From sequence record DRR723986_562: DNA of 27,871 bases, one strand, 5' to 3'. This document shows, piece after piece, positions 18,543 through 27,855 of this stretch. The number at the start of each line of letters is the position of its first letter. Position 1 is the stretch's first letter. The position numbers were made by a program, and so were the translations under genes. Under the pieces are notes generated by a model. That model was not told the DNA's origin, searched no databases, and saw nothing but the letters and a program-made list of their open reading frames with translations.

Positions 18543-21500
18543 AACAAGTAGCATTGACGTTAGTTTTATTTGCAGCTTTTCAGGTGAGAGCTCAGAAATA
18601 TATTGATATGATGCACGACCCAAGTGCTTCCATTTCAGAAATATATGACGAGTATATGTTGTACGTGGGAGACAGGGATCCGCATGAAGTTCCAGGCCAC
18701 AAACAATTTTTCAGATGGTACGAAGATGCAGTTAAAGTAGCGCATCCTCACGATAATTTATTGCACCTCTCTGAGACATACAATGAGTACATAATGCAGC
18801 GATTTAATCATCCAGACCTGACCACACGTGCAGGTGGGAGCTGGCAGAGTTTTGGTCCTCAACATGCTCCAATTAATGGGCATAATGGGAAAATTGATGG
18901 AATTTCGCTTCACCCCACTGATCCTAATATCATTTATATATCTGGTTCTTGTGGACTATGGCGAACAATGGATGGCGGAACTAATTGGGAGCCTTTAAGT
19001 GATCTTAATGCATTGTCAAGAGTACAAGATGTGGATATTGCACCTTCTAATCCTGATGTAATTTACTATTTATCTGGTGGATATTATGAATTTGGTGGGT
19101 CGTCTTTGGGTATTTTTAAATCAATTGATGGAGGTTTAACCTGGAACCTCACGAATTTTAATTTTCAAACTGTAGGAGCAGGCTATGGTTATACAATGTT
19201 GGTAGATCCAAATGATGAAAATATAGTTTATGTATCTGTGAGTTCTGGAGTCTACAAAAGCACGGATGGCATGATTACCTTTAGCCAAATATCAACTTCT
19301 TCACCACGTGAAATGTTTTTTAATCCTTTAAATTCTAACAAAATTTATATGGTATATAACAACATTGAATATTCTGAGGATGCTGGAGCGACCTGGACGA
19401 CTTCAACAGGTTTAGGAGGATTCACAAAATCAATTGCAGTGACGCCTGCTGATACTAATGTCGTTTATTCAGTTGCAGGAGGTGGAGGTTTTACAGATGT
19501 TTATAAATCTACAGATGGAGGTGTTTCGTTTGTGCTTCAATCAAGTTCTGTAAATATTTTAGGAAATGGAACAAGTGGAAATCCAGGTCCAGGACAGGGA
19601 GCCTATTGTATGGCCTTAACCGTTTCACCAACAGATGCTAATAAAGTTTTTTCAGGTGGGATTTTTGTATGGACCTCTGATGACGGGGGTGTAACTTGGG
19701 TATCGGATGGTGCAATCGCTGATACCCATGCAGATGTTCAAGAGTTTGCTTGGAGAGGTGATACACTTTGGATGGGTAATGATGGAGGAATCTTTAGTTC
19801 TGATGATTATGGTGCAAATTGGAATTGGTACCAGAATATGCAAACCAGTATGATTTACAGAATCGGTTTGTCAGAGCAAAATACAGATCATTTTTTAACA
19901 GGATGGCAGGATAACGGAACAGCACAATATGATGGTTCAGATTGGACTAAAATTGGTGGAGGAGACGGTATCGATTGTATAATCGATTACACGGATAATG
20001 ATTTCAGGTATATTTCAAGTCAATACGGGAATGGCCAATACACTTCAGATGGTCAAAACTATTTTTCAGCATTTAACATATATGGGACGGGAATTAACTC
20101 TCAAGGACATTTTAGAACAAGAATCAAACAGAGTCGATCGATTAGAGATGAGTATTTCGTAGGTAAAGATAAATTATATAAATCTACAGATAGAATGGTT
20201 ACATGGGCCCCAACTGGGCCAATTCCATATGGAACTTTCTGGAATAAGGTGAGTACTTTTGATATCTGTCAGACCAATCCCAACTATATTTACATTGAAA
20301 CTGTGGGAGAAATATTCAGATCTACAAACGGAGGACAAACGTGGACAGATATTACTGCTGGAGTAGATGTTGATTCAGCTTATATTCAAGATATTATGGT
20401 AAGTCCAACTGACTCATTGCATGTCTGGGTTGCCATGAGCGGTACAAATGCGGTAACAAAGATGTATGAGTCAATAGATGGTGGAAACAACTGGACCAAT
20501 ATATCAGCAGGGTTGCCTAACTTGCCAATGCGTTTTCTAATCTACCAAAGAGGCACTAATGATAGAATATTTGTAAGTTGTTTTGCAGGAATATTCCATA
20601 GAGATAATGATAACCCCGCTTGGGAAGAGTATGGGACAGGATTGCCTAATGCGATTGTTGAGCAAATGGGAATAGATTATGAAAATGGGAAGTTTTATGC
20701 TACTACCTACGGAAGGGGTATCTGGACAAATGATTTGTTATTAGATACTCTGCCACCTCTTGCAGATTTTAAAGCCTATGGGCAAGAAGATTGTGGTTTT
20801 GGAAATGGAGAGGTCGTTTTTATGGATCTGGCAGGTAATACACCAACTTCTTGGCAATGGAGTTTTCCAAGTGGTTCTCCAGCTACGAGCACAATGCCAA
20901 ATCCGTTTGTGGAATATCCGGCTACAGGCACTTATCCGGTGGAATTAATAGTTTCAAACGCTTACGGAGCTGATACTATGACCATGAATTTGTTCGTAGA
21001 AAAAGTAGTGCTCGCTTCTGCTGCAAGTCCTGTAAATCAAGAAGGTTTTGAAGCAGGCGTGACTATACCTGCTTATATGTCAATTGATAATCCTGATGGA
21101 TTGATAGAATGGGAAGTTGAACCAAGCGTTGGTGCTTTCAATGCTTCAAATCAATGTGTAAAAATTGATAATTATCAAAATGGTAATGCTGGCAATCATG
21201 ACGGACTTGAGTTAGGAACTTATGATTTTACTCAAGTTCAATATTCGCAGTTAAATGTTGACATTGCTAACAAACCTTATGATGCGGCTCAGGTTGACAC
21301 TATTGCGTTAATGGCAAGTGTTGATTGTGGACAAACCTGGCAACAGGTGTGGGTTAAAAATGGCAATGACTTTTCTATCGGTGCACAATTCGAAACAAAC
21401 ATGTTCATCCCTCAAGTACAAGACTGGCAGACGTTTACGATCAGCTTAAATGCCTTCTCAGGATCAGATCGTTTAAGTTTGAAATTCGAGAATCGATCTG

Positions 21501-22279
21501 GCGGAGGAAACGTAGTGTATTTAGATAATATCAACCTTTATTCTGGCAATTCAAATGCACCTACTTCAAATTATGCTGCTTCTAACTTAACAATTTGTGA
21601 AGGTGATAGCATTGAATATGTTGATGCCAGTTCTGATTTTCCAAATTCATGGCAATGGGATTTTGAAGGAGGATCTCCATTGGTTTCAACACAAAACCAG
21701 CAATGGGTAACCTATCATAATTCAGGAACATATGATGTACAATTGATTTCGTCTAACTTAAATGGAACGGATACGTTGCTTGACATAGATCAAATTACTG
21801 TGAATGCGCTCCCATTGGCTCCCATCATTATGAGTTCAAATCAAATTTCAACGGATCCAGGTATGAATTATACCTGGTATTGGGATGGGTTTGTGGTAAG
21901 CGGTGCAAATACCGAATCAATTACAGTAACTCAAAGTGGATATTATTGGGTTGAGGTGACAGATGCAAATGGCTGCCAGAACACCTCAGATTCAGTTTAT
22001 ATGAGTTTGGCTAATATTTCAGAATTAGAAGGGGCTATCAAACTTTATCCTAATCCTGTCAAAGATAATTTGATTATAGAAATCGATTCTGACGAAGAAA
22101 TTCAATTTAATTTTACTTTGATTAATGCATTGGGCCAGCAGGTGGTTCAAGAAACTGGTTTTCATAGCTCAGAGACAGTAATTATTGATTTAAAGGCTAT
22201 ATCAAGTGGGATTTACTTGGTTCAATTGCGAAAACCTACAGGACAGCTAATTTTGAGTAAAGAAGTAATCGTTGACTAA
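18539..22279 (+). CDS. T9SS-secreted VPS10/BNR-repeat beta-propeller protein with 2 PKD domains, an adhesin-like domain and a type A CTD
   Basis: About 10 Asp-box repeats (S/T-x-D-G-G-x-T-W); PKD motifs WQWSFPSG and WQWDFEGG; VYLDNINL domain; CTD LYPNP...SGIYLV...KEVIV. Confidence 0.88.
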   Translation: MKQVALTLVLFAAFQVRAQKYIDMMHDPSASISEIYDEYMLYVGDRDPHEVPGHKQFFRWYEDAVKVAHPHDNLLHLSETYNEYIMQRFNHPDLTTRAGGSWQSFGPQHAPINGHNGKIDGISLHPTDPNIIYISGSCGLWRTMDGGTNWEPLSDLNALSRVQDVDIAPSNPDVIYYLSGGYYEFGGSSLGIFKSIDGGLTWNLTNFNFQTVGAGYGYTMLVDPNDENIVYVSVSSGVYKSTDGMITFSQISTSSPREMFFNPLNSNKIYMVYNNIEYSEDAGATWTTSTGLGGFTKSIAVTPADTNVVYSVAGGGGFTDVYKSTDGGVSFVLQSSSVNILGNGTSGNPGPGQGAYCMALTVSPTDANKVFSGGIFVWTSDDGGVTWVSDGAIADTHADVQEFAWRGDTLWMGNDGGIFSSDDYGANWNWYQNMQTSMIYRIGLSEQNTDHFLTGWQDNGTAQYDGSDWTKIGGGDGIDCIIDYTDNDFRYISSQYGNGQYTSDGQNYFSAFNIYGTGINSQGHFRTRIKQSRSIRDEYFVGKDKLYKSTDRMVTWAPTGPIPYGTFWNKVSTFDICQTNPNYIYIETVGEIFRSTNGGQTWTDITAGVDVDSAYIQDIMVSPTDSLHVWVAMSGTNAVTKMYESIDGGNNWTNISAGLPNLPMRFLIYQRGTNDRIFVSCFAGIFHRDNDNPAWEEYGTGLPNAIVEQMGIDYENGKFYATTYGRGIWTNDLLLDTLPPLADFKAYGQEDCGFGNGEVVFMDLAGNTPTSWQWSFPSGSPATSTMPNPFVEYPATGTYPVELIVSNAYGADTMTMNLFVEKVVLASAASPVNQEGFEAGVTIPAYMSIDNPDGLIEWEVEPSVGAFNASNQCVKIDNYQNGNAGNHDGLELGTYDFTQVQYSQLNVDIANKPYDAAQVDTIALMASVDCGQTWQQVWVKNGNDFSIGAQFETNMFIPQVQDWQTFTISLNAFSGSDRLSLKFENRSGGGNVVYLDNINLYSGNSNAPTSNYAASNLTICEGDSIEYVDASSDFPNSWQWDFEGGSPLVSTQNQQWVTYHNSGTYDVQLISSNLNGTDTLLDIDQITVNALPLAPIIMSSNQISTDPGMNYTWYWDGFVVSGANTESITVTQSGYYWVEVTDANGCQNTSDSVYMSLANISELEGAIKLYPNPVKDNLIIEIDSDEEIQFNFTLINALGQQVVQETGFHSSETVIIDLKAISSGIYLVQLRKPTGQLILSKEVIVD

Positions 22280-22755
22280 GCTTGTTTTTCTTCGTCAGCG
22301 TTATCTAAAATCTCCCATGTATGATCAGCCAACAATTTGACTGTAGCTATCCAATTGCATTTGTTTTTTCTTGATCTTCCCCATTGATCAGGTCCAATAA
22401 TGGACAATACCTGTTCAGTGTTTTCATCCTCATACAAGTAATAAACATGATTGATGATGGGTTCAAATCTGAAATTCGCTTGATAGATGCGCTCAGATAT
22501 CTCTTTTCGTAGATTGATTTTTTTTGCTTGGTCTGCTAGCAATTTCATTTGCTCATAAATTTGACCGAGCTGCTGATCAGTTTGATGTTCCATTGCTGAT
22601 AAAGCACGACCCTTTTGCTTGCCAACATCCTCTGCCTTAATAACTGCACTGCCTACATGATGTCCATATTCTAAAGAATGTGGATTCTCAGCTATTTTGT
22701 CTGGATCTATCGGATTTACGAAATCCTTTTTTTTATCTGCCTTGTCTTCACTCAT
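22276..22755 (-). CDS. DUF2452 family protein
   Basis: ERIYQANFRFEPII..YYLY...LSIIGPDQW...VKLLADHTW; ATG 22755 preferred over TTG 22764, which overlaps the promoter element. Confidence 0.8.
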   Translation of the reverse strand: MSEDKADKKKDFVNPIDPDKIAENPHSLEYGHHVGSAVIKAEDVGKQKGRALSAMEHQTDQQLGQIYEQMKLLADQAKKINLRKEISERIYQANFRFEPIINHVYYLYEDENTEQVLSIIGPDQWGRSRKNKCNWIATVKLLADHTWEILDNADEEKQA

Positions 22756-22761
22756 CCTATT

Positions 22762-22769
22762 CAAAGATA
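22762..22769 (-). promoter_or_regulatory. -7 promoter element (TATCTTTG) for the DUF2452 gene
   Basis: Exact TAnnTTTG match, 6 nt upstream of the ATG. Confidence 0.65.
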
Positions 22770-22913
22770 AAACAAATCAATGATAATTTTTGTTCGATAA
22801 GATTATTCAACGTTCAATCATTTAATTACTACTTCTGCTAATTCTTTTCATTTAGAGGTACTTAAGATTTTCAAAATATTTCTATATTCAAACAAATTTA
22901 AATCGAATTAACT

Positions 22914-23738
22914 ATGGGAATTTTAATAGGAGGTGTAGTTGTTGCGGTAGTTGGACTCATTCTATGGATGGTAATGGGAAAAAAAGCTGGGCAATCTGCA
23001 CATTTAGACTTAACTGAGACATCAAAAGTATCAGAAGTAAAAGAAAATTATGACAGCATTTCTGGCTCTGTAGGAACAGGAAGCTTTACGCATTTTTGTG
23101 AATTAAAAGGAAACGCACATTCTGATTCACCTTTGACTGCAGAACTTTCAAATGAGCAAGTTGTTTATTACAAATCTGAAGTAATCCATAAGTACGAAAG
23201 ATTAGAGAACAAAAAAGATTCGCAAGGAAATATCCAAAAGAAATGGGTGAAAAAATCAGATACGGTTTCTGAAAATGAGCAATGGGCACCTGGTTTTGGT
23301 GTGAAAGATGAGTCTGGATTCATTGCTATTAATCCTAAAAAATCTAAGCTAGATATCATGCAGTTATACTCAAAATTTGAAAAGGGTGAGCCAAATCAAA
23401 GTGGCTTAAACATCAAATTGGGTGGTGTATCAATTGGTATTGGTGGCGGAGGAAACTCTAACCACAGAACTATTGGTTATGAGTACAAAGAAGAAGGCAT
23501 CAAATTAGATCAAAAATTATATGTTTTGGGTGACGCGAATGACAGAGATGGTTCGTTGGTGGTTTCAAAACCAACAGATAAAAAGTATCCATTCATTGTA
23601 TCTATCAAATCAGAAGATGAATTACAAGCTGGTTTAGGTTCGGCAATTAAAGGATACAAAATCGGAGCATTTGTTTGTTTCGGATTAGGTGGAGTAGGAA
23701 TTATCGCCGGATTATTAAAGATTGCCGGGATATTTTAA
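22914..23738 (+). CDS. GIDE-domain membrane protein (related to the MUL1/SP1 E3 ligase intermembrane domain, no RING)
   Basis: N- and C-terminal TM helices; ELKG..SPLTAELS..VYY, FGVKDESG, YEYKEEGI..LYVLG and PFIVS..SEDEL pattern. Confidence 0.75.
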   Translation: MGILIGGVVVAVVGLILWMVMGKKAGQSAHLDLTETSKVSEVKENYDSISGSVGTGSFTHFCELKGNAHSDSPLTAELSNEQVVYYKSEVIHKYERLENKKDSQGNIQKKWVKKSDTVSENEQWAPGFGVKDESGFIAINPKKSKLDIMQLYSKFEKGEPNQSGLNIKLGGVSIGIGGGGNSNHRTIGYEYKEEGIKLDQKLYVLGDANDRDGSLVVSKPTDKKYPFIVSIKSEDELQAGLGSAIKGYKIGAFVCFGLGGVGIIAGLLKIAGIF

Positions 23739-23758
23739 TCCTGACTTGAATAATTCAA

Positions 23759-23766
23759 TAAATTTG
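23759..23766 (+). promoter_or_regulatory. -7 promoter element (TAAATTTG) for fabI
   Basis: Exact TAnnTTTG match, 22 nt upstream of the ATG. Confidence 0.7.
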
Positions 23767-23788
23767 TGAAAAACACAACAAATATTTT

Positions 23789-24601
23789 ATGTCAAACGGA
23801 CTATTAAAAGGTAAAAAAGGAATCATTTTTGGTGCATTAAACGACCAATCAATCGCGTGGAAAGTTGCTGAAAGAGCACACGAAGAAGGAGCAGAATTTG
23901 TTTTAACAAACGCTCCAATTGCTATGCGAATGGGAGAAATTAATCAGCTTGCTGAAAAAACAAATTCTCAAATTATTCCAGCAGACGCTACGAGTGTTGA
24001 AGATTTAGAAAACTTGATCACAAAATCTATGGAGATTTTAGGTGGTAAAGTTGATTTTATACTTCATTCAATTGGGATGTCAATTAACGTTAGAAAGGGT
24101 AGACACTATACTGACGAGAATTACGATTTTACAATGAAAGGTCTTGACGTATCGGCTTTGTCTTTTCACAAAGTATTGCAAACAGCTTATAAAGCAGACG
24201 CTATTAATGAATGGGGTTCTGTTTTAGCATTAAGCTATATTGCTGCTCAACGTGTTTTTCCTGACTATAACGATATGGCAGATAATAAATCATACTTAGA
24301 ATCTGTTGCGCGAAGTTTTGGATACCATTATGGGCAAAAAGCAAACGTACGGGTAAATTCTATTTCTCAATCTCCTACTATGACGACTGCAGGAAGTGGA
24401 GTTAAAGGATTTAATGAATTCATCAATTATTCTGAAAAGATGTCTCCACTAGGAAATGCATCCGCTTTAGATTGTGCAAATTATTGTATTTCGCTATTCT
24501 CTGATTTAACGAAGTATGTGACCATGCAGAACTTATTTCATGATGGAGGATTTTCAAATACTGGTGTTACACAAGAAGTAATTGAAAAGTTTGCCGATTA
24601 A
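23789..24601 (+). CDS. fabI: Enoyl-ACP reductase (NADH)
   Basis: GKKGIIFGALNDQSIAW, LHSIG, YNDMADNK catalytic Y..K motif, HDGG. Confidence 0.95.
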   Translation: MSNGLLKGKKGIIFGALNDQSIAWKVAERAHEEGAEFVLTNAPIAMRMGEINQLAEKTNSQIIPADATSVEDLENLITKSMEILGGKVDFILHSIGMSINVRKGRHYTDENYDFTMKGLDVSALSFHKVLQTAYKADAINEWGSVLALSYIAAQRVFPDYNDMADNKSYLESVARSFGYHYGQKANVRVNSISQSPTMTTAGSGVKGFNEFINYSEKMSPLGNASALDCANYCISLFSDLTKYVTMQNLFHDGGFSNTGVTQEVIEKFAD

Positions 24602-24620
24602 TTGAATATTATCTAACTTG

Positions 24621-24658
24621 AACCCTGACCTCGATAGAATCGTAGTCGGGGTTTTTTT
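24621..24658 (+). terminator. Rho-independent terminator after fabI
   Basis: Stem AACCCTGAC / GTCGGGGTT (one G-U pair) plus inner CGAT/ATCG, followed by T7. Confidence 0.75.
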
Positions 24659-24675
24659 ATACCTAAAATCAAACT

Positions 24676-26163
24676 ATGAAAAGAATAATTACCCTTATTT
24701 GTCTTGCTTTCGTTTCAAACTTGCAAGCCCAAAATGAATTTATTGCATATCCTGCAACAGGAAAAGGTGTTTCGTCAACTTTTGTAACAGACTATCACTG
24801 TTTGGGAATTAATCCCGCAAATTTAGGGAGACAAAGTTATGACAAGAGCTTTACCATGGGAAGTTCAGAGTTCGGAATGTCAATTTATTCTGAGTCACTT
24901 GCTAAGCAAGATTTGAGAGATAATATTTGGGGGGTAATTAGAAGCGGGTCATTAGACTCACTTTCACGCGAAGATAAAATTGCAGCAGCACAAGGATTTG
25001 CTTCTGACTTTGCTTTTAATTGGGATTATAACATGTTTGGTTTTGCTTATCAAAATGAAAAATTTGGTGGGATTGCAATTTCAATAAGATCCAGAGCCAC
25101 GTGGGCTTCAAGTTTTGATGACGATTTCTCTGAAATGATTTTTCAAGGAAAATTTTCAAGCAAATTTGACTCTTTGCAATATTTCAATGGAATGGATACT
25201 GTGAATGTGGCGAATAATGGAAATATGAGTTATGACTCTTCTCAAAATGTACTTTCCGGTACTGCTAATGTTCCTTTTAATATTTCAGATGTAGTAGGTG
25301 ATAGTTATTTAAGGTTGAGCTTGAACAGAGAATACCACATTGGTTATGGAAGAAAACTATTTGGACAGGACAGTACTTTTGCATTATATGCTGGAGTAGG
25401 AGGTAAGTACATCCAAGGAATTGCTATGATGAATTTAACAAGTAATTCTGATGGTTATTCTATGGTTTCAGCTATGAGTCCAGGATTTCAAATAGATTAC
25501 GGTGCAGCGGCAATGGGTAACCCATCCAATCTGCAAGGTCAGGCCCAAAATTTTTGGAGATCTCCCGTTGGGCAAGGTTTTGGAGTAGATTTTGGAATCA
25601 ACATTACCATGCTAAAGAAATTGCATTTAGCTGCCTCAGTGACGAATATTGGATCAATGACCTACACTGGCAATGTTTATGAAGGCGTAGACACCTTGGT
25701 GGTAAAATACAGCTCTGATGGACTGCAAGACATGAATATCGCGAACTCAATTCCAGAATTGTTAGAAGAAACAGGCTTTTTTAAATTGCAAGGCGTTCAA
25801 GAGACGAAGATTAAATTGCCAGCAACCATGCGATTTGGAGCCAGCCTAGAGTTGAGCAAATTTGCACATGTCGGTTTAGACTTGGTTGCTCCATTTAACA
25901 GAGAATTACCAGGGTCAATCAATGGCTTTGCATGGGGATTAGGCGGTGATGTGATAATTCCTGTAGGAGAAAGTCAAATCTTTATCATGGCTGGTGTAAC
26001 TGGTGGTGGTGGATACGACATTCAAGTACCGCTTGGAATTAACTTTGTGTTAGGCGGTGGAACCTATGAAGTAGGGATTGCATCAAGAGATGCCGTAACT
26101 TTCTTCACACAAAATTCACCTACCGTTTCTGCAGCATTTGGGTTTGCTAGAGTGCGGTTTTAG
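24676..26163 (+). CDS. Outer membrane beta-barrel protein (DUF5723-like)
   Basis: Signal peptide, NPANLG motif, GQGFGVDFG..ASVTNIG strands, C-terminal Phe (ARVRF). Confidence 0.75.
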   Translation: MKRIITLICLAFVSNLQAQNEFIAYPATGKGVSSTFVTDYHCLGINPANLGRQSYDKSFTMGSSEFGMSIYSESLAKQDLRDNIWGVIRSGSLDSLSREDKIAAAQGFASDFAFNWDYNMFGFAYQNEKFGGIAISIRSRATWASSFDDDFSEMIFQGKFSSKFDSLQYFNGMDTVNVANNGNMSYDSSQNVLSGTANVPFNISDVVGDSYLRLSLNREYHIGYGRKLFGQDSTFALYAGVGGKYIQGIAMMNLTSNSDGYSMVSAMSPGFQIDYGAAAMGNPSNLQGQAQNFWRSPVGQGFGVDFGINITMLKKLHLAASVTNIGSMTYTGNVYEGVDTLVVKYSSDGLQDMNIANSIPELLEETGFFKLQGVQETKIKLPATMRFGASLELSKFAHVGLDLVAPFNRELPGSINGFAWGLGGDVIIPVGESQIFIMAGVTGGGGYDIQVPLGINFVLGGGTYEVGIASRDAVTFFTQNSPTVSAAFGFARVRF

Positions 26164-26371
26164 AGCTTGATTAATAACGAGATTTTAGAGATTGTTGGAT
26201 TATTCATCTAACCCTTTTTAACAGAGGTTTTGGAAGGAGGATTTTTAGATTTCTGAATTGAGTGTTTGCTTTTGCGAATTGATTGCGCTTAGGAATGCTG
26301 GTCACTTAATGGTTGGGAAGAGTGCTGGACAAAGTAGGGGATATGAACTTTGCTTAATAAATGAACAACCC

Positions 26372-26755
26372 TCATTCTTCAAACATACCTTCATCCATTC
26401 CGGTATCCTTCGTGTTATTTTTCACTTTCCATTTATCATCTTCTAAGATGACTTCATATGGAAATGCGAAACTTCCGTATTCCTTTCTAGTTTCATAACA
26501 AATACATATTCCTGTGTTTCCAGTTAAATTACAATCTACTGAATCTACCTTTGATTCAAAAGAATCGCATCCTGCATCAATTGAACCTTGTAATGTCATT
26601 TTAGCATTGTCAGTAGCCAATTCCATGGCTTCTTCACAATTACCTGAACTTAATAATTCCGAAAACTCGATAACAAGTTCTTCAGGAGTTTCTGGGTAAT
26701 TTGAACAAGAAGTAATTCCTAAAACAATTGTGCAAATAAGGAGCAGTTTATGCAT
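26372..26755 (-). CDS. Small lipoprotein, NTF2-like (DUF4878-like)
   Basis: Lipobox from ATG 26755 (MHKLLLICTIVLGITS-C); TPEELV..F...GNCEEAMEL and LEDDKWKV pattern. Confidence 0.7.
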   Translation of the reverse strand: MHKLLLICTIVLGITSCSNYPETPEELVIEFSELLSSGNCEEAMELATDNAKMTLQGSIDAGCDSFESKVDSVDCNLTGNTGICICYETRKEYGSFAFPYEVILEDDKWKVKNNTKDTGMDEGMFEE

Positions 26756-26814
26756 ATTGGGTATGATTGTTAATAGTCTGTTATGAACCGTTTTCTCCAT
26801 GAAGAATATCGAAT

Positions 26815-27156
26815 CTAGAATCTGGGGTAGCCAAGGCCGAATTTTAAATTGTTTATTTTTCTTTTGAATATTTCAACTGTTGGGAGCAATTCTGCATGGT
26901 GAGCGGCTAGGTTTTCAATTTTTTCAAGCATTTCTTCAGCATGTTTTAAACTAAGATGTTGACTTTTAGTTAAAAGATCGGTGTAATTGACAATTTCATT
27001 TATATCTTCTTGGGCAATTGAAATATTGAGGTTGCGTTTATTTTGTAGATAATCTGATTGCTCATCTGACTTGACTTTAAATAAATTTCTGTAGGCCAAA
27101 AACAACAATATTATAATTGGAAAAGCAATGATTAATATAAGTTGAGCTAGGGTCAT
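26815..27156 (-). CDS. Hypothetical single-TM membrane protein
   Basis: N-terminal TM from ATG 27156, a start that avoids a 64-nt overlap with the upstream gene; helical soluble domain. Confidence 0.6.
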   Translation of the reverse strand: MTLAQLILIIAFPIIILLFLAYRNLFKVKSDEQSDYLQNKRNLNISIAQEDINEIVNYTDLLTKSQHLSLKHAEEMLEKIENLAAHHAELLPTVEIFKRKINNLKFGLGYPRF

Positions 27157-27176
27157 CAAAAAATAATTTTTATTTA

Positions 27177-27824
27177 TCAGTTGCTTTGTTGCTGCATTTT
27201 TTTGTGTTGAATCAACTGAAGGTTTAAACCAATTATCCATGTTAAAACCAAAGCAAAAGAAATTTTTTGGAGTAAAGGTAAAGCTTCAATAAAATGATCT
27301 GAATAATAGATGTAATTATTTAAAGCTAACAGGATAATGCAGAGTGCTCCTGTGATTTTGTATATCCGTAATTCACTTTTAAAAATTTCTTTAATTATTC
27401 CTATGACTACAACAAGCCCAAATACACTCGATAATATGGTCATTAAATCATGATACTTAGTAAAAATCAATGCAGCGAATGTCATTGAGAGGACTCCATT
27501 AATGAGAATTGAGCGCTTCCAAATTAAACTTTTCACGCAAATATTAGCGAAGAGTATAAAAAAAGCCATTAAGCTCATGCATAATATAACCATCCCTAAA
27601 ATTGCATATGGTCTTGCTATATTTGGTTGTCCATTTATGGCTGTTTCGTTCAGTAGGTTGCACCAATAATTGTTTATCCAATCAAACCCTTCTGAATTTA
27701 TGTTTTCTTGTGAGCCTCCAGGATATAAGGTTGTTGAGAAAAAGTACAGACCAACAAAAGTGAGTATTCCAAGAATAGGAATAATCTCAATCATCCACCA
27801 TCTGTTCTTTTTTATCTGAATCAC
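27177..27824 (-). CDS. Conserved hypothetical multi-pass membrane protein (DUF998-like)
   Basis: About 6 TM segments; YPGGS...NYWCNLL...NG..N.ARP loop; GTG start. Confidence 0.7.
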   Translation of the reverse strand: MIQIKKNRWWMIEIIPILGILTFVGLYFFSTTLYPGGSQENINSEGFDWINNYWCNLLNETAINGQPNIARPYAILGMVILCMSLMAFFILFANICVKSLIWKRSILINGVLSMTFAALIFTKYHDLMTILSSVFGLVVVIGIIKEIFKSELRIYKITGALCIILLALNNYIYYSDHFIEALPLLQKISFALVLTWIIGLNLQLIQHKKMQQQSN

Positions 27825-27847
27825 TTTATTTGGGAATACTATTTACC

Positions 27848-27855
27848 TAAAGTTA
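27848..27855 (-). promoter_or_regulatory. Possible -7 element (TAACTTTA)
   Basis: One mismatch to the consensus, 23 nt upstream of GTG 27824. Confidence 0.4.

Noticed and set aside
26210..26232. Hairpin AACCCTTTTTAACAGAGGTTTT as the terminator of the outer membrane protein gene
   Set aside because: Weak bulged stem and short T tract; too poorly supported to call
26258..26446. 62-aa plus-strand ORF
   Set aside because: TTG start, overlaps the convergent lipoprotein gene, no recognisable features
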